This document shows, piece after piece, positions 27,301 through 36,343 of a stretch of DNA of 50,779 nucleotides. The position numbers and the translations under genes were made by a program. The stretch comes from Macrostomum lignano (taxonomy: Eukaryota). The stretch is taken from contig NIVC01004314.1 in assembly GCA_002269645.1 (NCBI GenBank), positions 1-50,779 of the forward strand, read 5' to 3'. Within the stretch, counting starts at the first letter, position 1; every line of letters begins with the position of its first letter. Below the pieces are notes generated by a model. It was not told where the DNA came from and searched no databases. It saw nothing but the letters and a program-made list of their open reading frames with translations.

Positions 27301-30300
27301 GCCGGGCTCGGAGTCGGCGTCCGGAAAGAGCTCGCAGTCGGGGAAGCGGCGGAGCAGCTTCACCTCCGAGGAGCAGACGTGATCGCGCACCAGCAGGCAG
27401 TGCTGCCGGCAGGGCTTGTCGGAGCACAGGGCGGATGAGCACAGCAGAGCCTGCGGGGGACAGAATGATTGCTCAGTGAGATTGGGTCTGCTGATTGGAT
27501 CAGGGAATGCAGCCTCATCATGATGAGAGTGGGATGTGGGAATCCAGCTTCATCATGATGGGAGTGGGATGTGGGAATCCAGCCTCATCATGATGAGAGT
27601 GGGATCAGAGAATCCAGCCTCATTATGATCGGAGTGGGATCTGAGAATCCAGCCACATCATGATGGGAGTGGGATCTGAGAATCCAGCCTCATTTTGATG
27701 GGAGTGGGGTGTGGGAATCCAGCCTCATCATGATCGGAGTGGGGTGTGGGAATCCAGCTTCATCATGATGGGAGTGGGATGTGGGAATCCAGCCTCATCA
27801 TGATGAGAGTGGGATCAGAGAATCCAGCCTCATTATGATCGGAGTGGGATCTGAGAATCCAGCCTCATTATGATGGGAGTGGGGTGTGGGAATCCAGCCT
27901 CATCATGATCGGAGTGGGGTGTGGGAATCCAGCCTCATCATGATGGGAGTGGGGTCTGGGAATCCAGCCTCATTATGATGGGAGTGGGGTGTGGGAATCC
28001 AGCCTCATTATGATGGGAGTGGGGTGTGGGAATCCAGCCTCATCATGATGGGAGTGGGATATGGGAATCCAGCCTCATTATGATGGGAGTGGGATGTGGG
28101 AATCCAGCCTCATCATGATGGGAGTGGGGTGTGGGAATCCAGCCTCATCATGATGGGAGTGGGATGTGGGAATCCAGCCTCATCATGATGGGAGTGGGAT
28201 GTGGGAATCCAGCCTCATCATGATGGGAGTGGGATGTGGGAATCCAGCCTCATTATGATGGGAGTGGGGTGTGGGAATCCAGCCTCAATATGATGGGAGT
28301 GGGGTGTGGGAATCCAGCCTCAATATGATGGGAGTGGGGTCTGGGAATCCAGCCTCATCAACGCACCTGAGCCAGCGCAGTGCAGTGGGTCATGTGCGGA
28401 CCGAGCACATCAGCGGAGTTGGCCGCGGCCTCGGGCAGCACCGCTGACGAGTTCAGTAGCCGCTCACGAACAGCCCGGGTCCCGTTGACAGCCAGGTGTC
28501 CCAGGTGAGGCCAGCAGCCGTGGCTCTTGGGCAAAAACGAGCTGAGAGGATGGCAGGTCTCTATAACTGGCGCTGTTGTTGTCAGAGTCTCTGGCGGCGG
28601 CGCCAAGATGATGTCAAAGGTTCCGACTGCGGAATGCGGCGCATACAGCAGCACGGGATTCAGTTCTATCATCGTAGGCCCAGTGAGAGCTCGGAGGCGG
28701 CACAAAACCTGCATAAATTCAGGTTGTAGAAAATGAATTGCAGAAGACTCAGCACCTTATTCAGTCCCTACAACACCCTACCCAGTCCCTACAGCACCCT
28801 ACTCAGTCCATACAGCACCCTACTCAGTCCATACGGCACCCTACTCAGTCCATACAGCACCCTACTCAGTCCCTACAACACCCTACTTAGTGTGGGGCAG
28901 TGTACATCTGCCTCCCTCTCTCTCTCCCTCGCTCACTTGGTCCAGCGCTATCACTGCCCCGTACAAGTACGTACAGCCAACCACTCACTTCAATAATTGA
29001 TTTATTACGCAATTAGTCAAAGCCAAATATAATTCGGCCCTGCTAAGTGCAAGCGGCCCTTGAGTTATTCTTCATGCCTGCCTAGCACCATATCGCATTA
29101 ACTTTTCTACACTTAGTACCTAAAGCACCCTACTCAGTCCCTACAGCACCCTACTCAGTCCCTACAGCACCCTACTCAGTCCCTACAGCACCCTACTCAG
29201 TCCCTACAGCACCCTACTCAGTCCCTACAGCACCCAACCGAGCAGAGAGCAACAGACCTGCACTCGAGATCCGACTCGCACAATCCTCGTAACTTTTTTG
29301 GACCGCCCGGCAGACTGCTGAAATTCCAGCCTGTATGCGCTGGGTTTCGAGTGCCACACCAGGGAGGTCAAGAGTCGCTGCACATCTGTGCCCAGTTGCA
29401 GCTTCTCTGCTTCGGCGCCATCAATGCGGATCAGCCTGCCGGGTTGGATGAAGACAGAGCTTTGAATTAACTTAGCTGAGTCTCAGAGACATCAAAGACT
29501 CCGCCTAATTTGAGTTCTATTGGGATCAGACTCAGCCTAATTTGAGTTCTATTGGGATCAGACTCAGCCTAATTTGAGTTCTATTGGGATCAGACTCAGC
29601 CTAATTTGAGTTCTATTGGGATCAGACTCAGCCTAATTTGAGTTCTATTGGGATCAGACTCCGCCTAATTTGAGCTCCATTGGGATCAGACTCAGCCTAA
29701 TTTGAGTTCTATTGGGATCAGACTCAGCCTAATTTGAGTTCTATTGGGATCAGACTCAGCCTAATTTGAGCTCCATTGGGATCAGACTCAGCCTAATTTG
29801 AGCTCCATTGGGATCAGACTCAGCCTCATTTGAGCTCCATTGGGATCAGACTCAGCCTAATTTGAGTTCTATTGGGATCAGACTCAGCCTAATTTGAGTT
29901 CTATTGGGATCAGACTCAGCCTAATTTGAGTTCTATTGGGATCAGACTCAGCCTAATTTGAGTTCTATTGGGATCAGACTCAGCCTAATTTGAGTTCTAT
30001 TGGGATCAGACTCAGCCTAATTTGAGTTCTATTGGGATCAGACTCAGCCTAATTTGAGTTCTATTGGGATCAGACTCAGCCTAATTTGAGTTCTATTGGG
30101 ATCAGACTCCGCCTAATTTGAGTTCTATTGGGATCAGACTCAGCCTAATTTGAGTTCTATTGGGATCAGACTCAGCCTAATTTGAGTTCTATTGGGATCA
30201 GACTCCGCCTAATTTGAGTTCTATTGGGATCAGACTCAGCCTAATTTGAGCTCCATTGGGATCAGACTCAGCCTCATTTGAGCTCCATTGGGATCAGACT

Positions 30301-31327
30301 CAGCCTAATTTGAGTTCTATTGGGATCAGACTCAGCCTAATTTGAGTTCTATTGGGATCAGACTCAGCCTAATTTGAGTTCTATTGGGATCAGACTCAGC
30401 CTAATTTGAGTTCTATTGGGATCAGACTCAGCCTAATTTGAGTTCTATTGGGATCAGACTCAGCCTGATTTGAGTTCTATTGGGATCAGACTCAGCCTAA
30501 TTTGAGTTCTATTGGGATCAGACTCAGCCTAATTTGAGCTCCATTGGGATCAGACTCAGCCTAATTTGAGCTCCATTGGGATCAGACTCAGCCTCATTTG
30601 AGCTCCATTGGGATCAGACTCAGCCTAATTTGAGCTCCATTGGGATCAGACTCAGCCTAATTTGAGCTCCATTGGGATCAGACTCAGCCTAATTTGAGCT
30701 CCACTGGGATCAGACTCAGCCTCATTTGAGCTCCATTGGGATCAGACTCCGCCTCATTTGAGCTCCACTGGGATCAGACTCAGCCTCATTTGAGCTCCAT
30801 TGGGATCAGACTCACCAATCCAATTCGAATGAGCATGAGCATTGGCCACTGCAGTACAGCTCAGCCTCATAGCCCGGCTTGAGCTCCTGCCGATACGAAA
30901 AGGTGTTGGACACCTTCCCAGTCTCCATATGCGGCGAGAAGACGGGAGGGTAGAAGGGCACGAAGAGAACGCTCCCCTTGAGAACGGTGCCATTAAGTAG
31001 CTTGGCGTGGCACCACACGTCGCCATAATTCACGCCCACCCTGGTGAAGACCAAAGTCCCGTTGCCGAAATCCAGCACCGGGGTTACGTCTGAGGAGTTG
31101 CTCAGCGCCCCGTATCTCCATGAGAAGTAGATTTTGGTCACTTGATCGGCAATCTCGGCACTCGGGGTGCACTGAAGCACAAAGTTCTCGTCGAACAGGA
31201 TAGGAAAATTGCGGGTCACCAGGGTCACGTTCAACTGGTCGTTGCCCTTATTCTCGTCGTTGTCCAAAATGGCCAAAGCCGATTGAACTGCAAACAGCAG
31301 GAGCAGCCAAATCAATTTGGTAGCCAT
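18867..31327 (-). CDS. MuSK/Nrk/Ror-family receptor tyrosine kinase, 9 coding exons, about 954 aa (signal peptide, 2 Ig, Frizzled CRD, kringle, TM, tyrosine kinase)
   Basis: Exons 31327-30816, 29435-29258, 28708-28367, 27450-27142, 26822-26671, 26583-26394, 24220-24060, 21317-21080 and 19649-18867 join in frame with GT-AG sites (2865 nt). The 10-Cys CRD includes CTALAQALLC (cf. MuSK CRPAAEALLC). The 6-Cys kringle includes CRNPG. PKLERLAY precedes the Gly loop (cf. MuSK PKLLSLEY). The exon 6/7 junction is ambiguous (alternative 26390/24228). Confidence 0.88.
19779..20235 (+). repeat. 29-bp minisatellite (CTCCATCTCACTGCTCAGCCTCATCAATG)n in RTK intron 8
   Basis: Period 29, about 15 copies. Confidence 0.96.
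20674..21006 (+). repeat. 23-bp minisatellite (GATATTCCATAGCAGAATGTGGG)n in RTK intron 8
   Basis: Period 23 (20681, 20704), about 14 copies. Confidence 0.96.
21080..21317 (-). CDS. RTK exon 8: kinase N-lobe
   Basis: IGKGAFFTV (Gly loop), VALK (beta3 Lys), FFSEAELL (alphaC Glu), MEHRYVMQ. Donor CAG|GTGAGC. Confidence 0.9.
22740..23365 (+). repeat. Degenerate ~23-bp minisatellite (CTAACCCACCCTATCTACCATGT)n in RTK intron 7
   Basis: Recurrent unit with variant subtypes. Confidence 0.92.
23814..24019 (+). repeat. 30-bp minisatellite (TCTGCCCTGCATAGAGTATTAGAATGTCAG)x~7 in RTK intron 7
   Basis: Period 30, ending about 40 nt from the exon-7 donor. Confidence 0.95.
24060..24228 (-). CDS. RTK exon 7: juxtamembrane region (start 24228 or 24220)
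   Basis: SSAASPTPQDQ...IIQRNVKFGQKTHLAKTYP. Phase-2 donor AA|GTGAGT joins exon 8 to give PKLERL. Confidence 0.7.
24238..24362 (+). repeat. (GACA)n microsatellite
   Basis: Pure run at about 24297-24361 with a degenerate left flank. On the minus strand it forms the pyrimidine-rich tract before the exon-7 acceptor. Confidence 0.95.
24370..26343 (+). repeat. 58-bp minisatellite, about 34 copies, in RTK intron 6
   Basis: Unit GCAGGTCAGCATGGAAGCTGCCTTGAGCCACAACAGACGCGAGGATTTATTACCCCTC, with binary variants (GACGC/GAAGC, CCCTC/CCATC). Confidence 0.98.
26394..26583 (-). CDS. RTK exon 6: end of the kringle and transmembrane helix
   Basis: FFIICPVLEC supplies kringle Cys5/6. TM AVIVAAVAFVILLCCIILGIMLL is followed by RR. 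Donor is AAG|GTTGGT or, 4 nt further, TTG|GTGTCT. Confidence 0.82.
26671..26822 (-). CDS. RTK exon 5: kringle core
   Basis: AVQSGCAKWS...SECRNPGAQFHRPSC. Acceptor TTCCCGCAG|, phase-2 donor CG|GTGAGG. Confidence 0.85.
26860..27115 (+). repeat. Degenerate TGTC/TCTGT-rich low-complexity repeat filling RTK intron 4
   Basis: Recurrent TGTGTCTGTCTCTCTGTA-like words. Confidence 0.7.
27142..27450 (-). CDS. RTK exon 4: C-half of the Frizzled CRD and start of the kringle
   Basis: Acceptor CCCCGCAG|, ALLCSSALCSDKPCRQHCLLVRDHVC...PDCELFP...PGC, then GCFSRRDFWRG. Donor GAG|GTGGGC. Confidence 0.85.
27503..28340 (+). repeat. 35-bp minisatellite (GGGAATCCAGCCTCATCATGATGGGAGTGGGATGT)n, about 24 copies, in RTK intron 3
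   Basis: Period 35 (28141, 28176). Confidence 0.96.
28367..28708 (-). CDS. RTK exon 3: linker and N-half of the Frizzled CRD
   Basis: Acceptor ATGCAG|, 114 codons VLCRL...CHPLSSFLPKSHGCW...HCTALAQ, donor CAG|GTGCGT. Confidence 0.82.
28748..29234 (+). repeat. Two clusters of a 21-bp repeat (CAGCACCCTACTCAGTCCCTA) at about 28748-28888 and 29124-29234 in RTK intron 2
   Basis: The same unit sits at both ends of the intron, separated by about 235 bp of unique sequence. Confidence 0.92.
29258..29435 (-). CDS. RTK exon 2 (Ig2 / linker), not in the ORF track
   Basis: Acceptor CGGCAG|G completes a TGG Trp codon with exon 1. Open frame LIRIDGAEAEK...RVGSRVQ. Phase-0 donor CAG|GTCTGT. Confidence 0.72.
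29506..30815 (+). repeat. 32-bp minisatellite (CAGACTCAGCCTAATTTGAGTTCTATTGGGAT)n, about 41 copies, filling RTK intron 1
   Basis: Period 32 (29521, 29553). It runs into the exon-1 donor. Confidence 0.98.
30816..31327 (-). CDS. RTK exon 1: signal peptide, Ig domain 1 and start of Ig domain 2
   Basis: MATKLIWLLLLFAVQSALA signal peptide. Ig pattern VLQC...YFSW...GTLVF...GDVWC. Phase-2 donor TG|GTGAGT at 30815. Confidence 0.88.
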
Positions 31328-32514
31328 AGAGACAGCAAGTTAACGATCCGGCAGTGAGTTGCACTGTGAGTTGATGCAGGCCGCTCTTGCTGCTCAGCTG
31401 GCAATTTCAGGCATGCAAGGGATTTGGGAATCTAGCTGAGATTCTGCCAGGGAGTTATGAGGGGTTTGGCGCAACCAGGTCAACCATGGCGTACCTGGAG
31501 CTGGAGCAGCAGGGGGGGGGGGGGCAGGTAAAGAGCAGCCAACAACCCTGACATCCACCTAGAGTTGCTGTGAGAGTGTCACACATTGTTACAAGGAGGA
31601 TGAAATCTCTTTTTCTAAGAGTTATATTGTTGCCAGCTTCCCAGAAATGAATGCACTAGCTGTGAGACAACTTGAGCTGCTTTTTTAGGCATGCATCCAA
31701 TTTGCAATTAAACATTTTAACCAATAATATGCCCTCTGCTGACAAACTTGAGATAGCCATTCTATGACAGTGAATGAGACTCTTCTCTTACAAAGCAGTT
31801 TTATGAAATTTGTTAGTCAAAAGTAAGTTGTGCATATTTTTGCAGCTTGGAAACATACTTGCTTGGCTAAAGCATTGTCCCAAGATGTTCTCAGTACATT
31901 AATACCCATGCTTTTTAAGGGCGTTAATGGGAAATCAGAGGGCGCCGTGTGTCCAGATTTGCGACTTTGTTTCTCCCAATTGTGACTTAGTTCCTCTCGA
32001 TTTCAACTTAATTTTCATTTTGTATATGACCTTTCTTGCCTTTTTCTCTTTTCTTCTCTTTCTCTTTCTCTTTCCTCTTCCGCTCTCTCTCTTTTCTCCC
32101 GCCTTTCTTTTCCTTTTCTCTTTCTCTCCTTTCTTTCTTTCCCCCAATTTTATTTTTTGCATTTTCGATTTTGCAACTTACCTTGGCTGGTGGCAATTTC
32201 ACCTGTCTGGTTTGGATGGGTTGGACAGGTGTTGGGCATATATGATTAGTACTATTTGCTACATGCTCAAAGGAGTTAGAGAATGCTAACTAGAATTTGT
32301 CCTCAATTTTAGAAAACAAAACAAACCTCGAAGAGGATACCATTGATGGGAAATCTGTGTACAGCAAGCTGAGTTGTTGGAACAGTTGAGTCTTTTGAGC
32401 ATAGAAAGAAAAAATGTATATATTCCTAAGAGCCATTTGTGAATGCATATTACTCCAGCACCATAGTCCTACCATCTACAAGTTCTTTCTATTGTCTAAC
32501 ACTGTCTATTTTTA

Positions 32515-32810
32515 AGTGTTAGCCATTTACAACAATTGTTATCAGGTCTTAGCAATGATCCTAACCCCAAAGCTAAAAGGCTTAAAGCCTGGCTAAAGGC
32601 TAAAGCCTGCAGCTTACCAGAGTCTAAGAGGGTGGCTCTATTTGTAATTGATAAAATTTACTCTTCTAAAAAATAGAAGTTATTAGAAAGCATTTTTTGG
32701 AATTGATAGTGATATTAAAACTAATGACTTGGCCAAATGATATGAACATTTTAAATAAAATCATTACATAGTGACTTCTAAGAGGTTGCTTAGCTTTTCT
32801 TATTCTAAAA
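32515..32810 (+). pseudogene. Decayed P-element/THAP9-type transposase fragment
   Basis: Open frame 32515-32673 reads SVSHLQQLLSGLS...LKAKACSLPESKRVALFVIDKIY. After frameshifts it continues FFGID...LAK and F*IKSLHSDF*EVA. This order resembles the recalled P-like pattern (L..DE.Y ... G ... AKT.L.FMIKSL ... EVV). It has stops and frameshifts, and no HMM search was run. Confidence 0.45.
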
Positions 32811-34160
32811 AGTAACTTAAATGCATAAGAGCTTCATAAGCATCTCCATGACTTCAAGGAAACCTGCGGGTTTTAAACTATTATAATAAGAGAAAATTAT
32901 AATATTAATTTATTAAATAACAAAGTTCTCAGCCTTCTAAATGTATTTATTTGTATCTAATTTCATAGGCAGAATGAGTGGTTTGAGAGAGGCCCTGAGA
33001 CTAACCTTGTACAATGCCCCCTCGCCCAATGTTATTTCTTAAAGAGTGTAATTACAATAAGCCAATAGGATTTTTTGCAAAAAAGCATTATGAATATCAA
33101 GAGCTATAAGGTTTAAAAAGCAAAATATATTAAAAGATAAATATCATGATATGCTTATCTACTATCAAAATTACAAAAGCAATAACAATTTTGTGCTGAA
33201 AAATGAAAACTTTCTATCTCTATTATAGTATATTCCTTCAAAAAACCTGCCTCCCACAATTTCAAAAAAAACAAGGTTTCTTATTTGTCTATTTCAATAG
33301 ACTTTACTTTTTATATGCTTACCAATATATTATTTTTATTAGAAAAAAAGCTTCCTAATATATATACATGCAACTAAATTTTATGTCTTTCTTAGGAAGT
33401 CATTTTATCTGCTTGAAGATAAAAAGGTAATAGACAAAATGACTATAAAATTTTTGTTTCAATTTTTTGTTCATAATTTATTTTATAATGGAAAAAAATT
33501 GGGCTTTCTTGAATTTAGATACATAAGATATTTCCAATTTTCCAATTTTTATGAAATTTTTGCCACTTTTTAAGGCTGTCCAAAATGATAATAAAGCAAA
33601 AAAACTGCAAAAAATTACCCTCAGAGGTAACAGGAGGTTGATTTGTTAATCTCCTGAGTAACTAGTGGTAATTTGATCTAAGCAGTTTTGGAAAATTGTA
33701 TGTTTGAAAGTTGAACTTTTTTAGAAACATAACTTTCTAATGTAAATTTTTTTTCCAAAACTTGATGAATTTATTCTTAAAAACATTTAGAAGGTTCAAA
33801 TTTTATCTCTGAAAAAAGTGTCTATTCTAAATTTTTTCATTCAATTTGTTATAGTGCAACAAGAGTGCCACGTCAGTTTACTTTTTTAAAAGTAATGCTG
33901 ACTAATGGTTTGCCACCCACCCTTTACCACCCGCTTTTTGATTTGCTATTGTTCTCTCATTGTTGATTACTACTAGCTGTATATTCTTTACTTGTTTACC
34001 TATACTAATTTCTACTAATCTATGTTGTCTCTATTCTAAAGTAACTATAGCTGCTAATATCAATTAGTTCTGATAGGATTATAATTGTTTCACTGTGGTT
34101 GTGTTTTTGATAAATTGTTGAATTTTTAATTTAAGCTTTATTTCAATTTTCCTCCTAGGA

Positions 34161-34480
34161 CCCCCCTCAGTCTCTGAATTTATCAACCTAATCTTTAATG
34201 GACCTCTATGCCTTTATTGAAGTTTAGGTACATAAAATCAATCCCCATGAAGATTCTCCCCACCCTAAAATCCCACATTTCCTATGCCCCAGTTGTTGAC
34301 AGTTGTCAGCCCCCCTTGAGACTTGCCCCCCCCCCAAGACTTGCCCCTCACCCCCTCAGTTTGCTAAATTTATCTACCTAATCTTCAATAGACCTATATC
34401 TCTATTGAAGTTTAGGTACATAAAATCAATCCCTATGAAGAATCTCCCTACTCTAAAACCCATGTTCCCTATACCCTGGT
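34161..34480 (+). repeat. Diverged direct duplication of a ~130-bp unit (34162-34290 and 34351-34478)
   Basis: Shared core TATTGAAGTTTAGGTACATAAAATCAATCCC with colinear flanks. Confidence 0.88.
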
Positions 34481-36164
34481 AGTTGGCATTAAGCTACAAA
34501 AAGATGAAGCTCAAATTTAAAATCAGCACTATCAAAAACTTTTATAGAGACAAAATTATGATCCTATTAAAACTGCAATTATTTTGTCTACCTAAAGTTC
34601 AAGAAAGCTAATAATTAAGCCATAGATAGGGACCATATGACTATTATATATAAGATAATAATACATGAGGTCTTGTTATTTTTATGGCATTAAACCTAAT
34701 ATACACTAATATATGATCCTAACTATGCCTGGATAATAGGCCTTAAATGTTTCAAAATTGACAATTTGAAGCTTTGCACAATGTAATATATTTGGTATAC
34801 ATTAGTATACATAAAAAATTGGTTGTTTTTTCTAGGGTATATAATATAGCATTTTGAACTATAGATAGTATTCCAAACTATGGACTAAGAGCCCTACATT
34901 AGGCCTATTAGGCCAGGCCCCCTATCTTACTTAGGTTAGGTTAGGAGTCAGGAGTGCACACACTTATATACACACCAATGATGGTTGTTTTATCTGCTAT
35001 TCTTTTGTTTGCAATTGCAAAAATATGATATAATCATTTTGTTTACCTTAGAATATTAAGACTAAGGTAAGATGCTAGTACATATAATATTAAAACAAAT
35101 ATCTGTAAATATTAAAAAGTACTTTTAGTTATAAGTAAAGATAAAGAACTTACTAAAATACAAATATAGGCCTATGTGTATCTAAAATATTGATTTTTCC
35201 CAAGTGACCCAAATATTGACTTATAGGCTACACTTGTATACTAGGCCTAACTTTTTGTTTATAATAAATAAACATTTCAATAGACAACAAATACATTATC
35301 ATTATTGGATGGGCTCATAATAGCCAGCTAATTGTATTTAACTGCAAACTCTATCTAGGCCCCTATATTATTTTTCTTAAAAAGATAGATAAACAAAATT
35401 ACATTTGCAAAAAATGACATTGTATCATAGATTCTTTTTAGTTTGGCATGAATTATTATTGTGACACTGTCAGTTTCAGTGGCCCTACCAAGGGCCATTT
35501 TGACATGGTACCAATCTTTAATATTGCCAGTTTTGTATTCTAACATCTGCTTAAAGTAGTGCCCTAAGAATTTTATTCAACTGCGTACAATTGTAAACTC
35601 TGTGTACAGCGTGCAATCAATAATTTCTGTTCCTGTTTTTTGCAGTTAGCCAATAGAAATATGCCGCATAAATTATATTAATTTCTCTTGCATCCTCCTC
35701 CTAGCCTGGTCCTTATCAGTTCTGTCTGGCTGTGTACTTGGGGCCTTTTCACTTTGTTTGTCATTTTGCTCGTCCCTTTTGTCTCTTGCTCTGCCTTTAG
35801 CTCTACCTCTCGCTCCGGGCGCTCTTGTCTATCTTGTTATTTAGACTTTAATTTCGCCGCACCCCGTCTGGGGCCTTTGTCTGTTAGACTTTGTTAGCCT
35901 CTCGCACCCTTGTGAGTCTATATAGCCTGTAGGCTCTGACTGCCTTGTTAAGTCACTTGCTTTCTCTCCGCCATAGTTCTAGCCATGTCTCTGCTAGTTC
36001 TAGCCATATCTTTGCCACTTTTAGCCACGCCACATCTAATACTTAAGCTAATTATTCTATTGTTGTATAGCCACCAGTGCAATATTAATCAACATAAAGA
36101 AGTAACAATAAACCAAATCTGCATCCTACATTAGGCCCTAGTAATAATGCTGATCCAATTACTG

Positions 36165-36343
36165 CAATAGTGGATTTAGAGGGGAGGCGCACAGGGCGCA
36201 TGCCCCTTCATTGAGTTTGATTTTTTTGATTTTTTATATGGAAAATACACATTATCATGTACATATACTTGTACATGATATGAATATATATGTACCTTAG
36301 TAGTCTGCGCCCACCCGTTCAAAATTTTCTGGATCCGCTACTG
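36165..36343. mobile_element. Small MITE-like element with imperfect 15-bp terminal inverted repeats (PIF/Harbinger-like ends)
   Basis: Left end CAATAGTGGATTTAG vs reverse complement of right end CAGTAGCGGATCCAG (11/15, all mismatches transitions). No clear TSD. Confidence 0.45.

Noticed and set aside
34931-34945. (TTAGG)3 as a telomere remnant; also CTAACCC within the 22740-23365 repeat
   Set aside because: Too short, embedded in unrelated sequence, and expected in AT-rich or decayed repeats.
35540-36034. Possible solo LTR on the minus strand (TGTGG start, TATA-like, AATAAA)
   Set aside because: I could not find a matching TG...CA second terminus with a target-site duplication.
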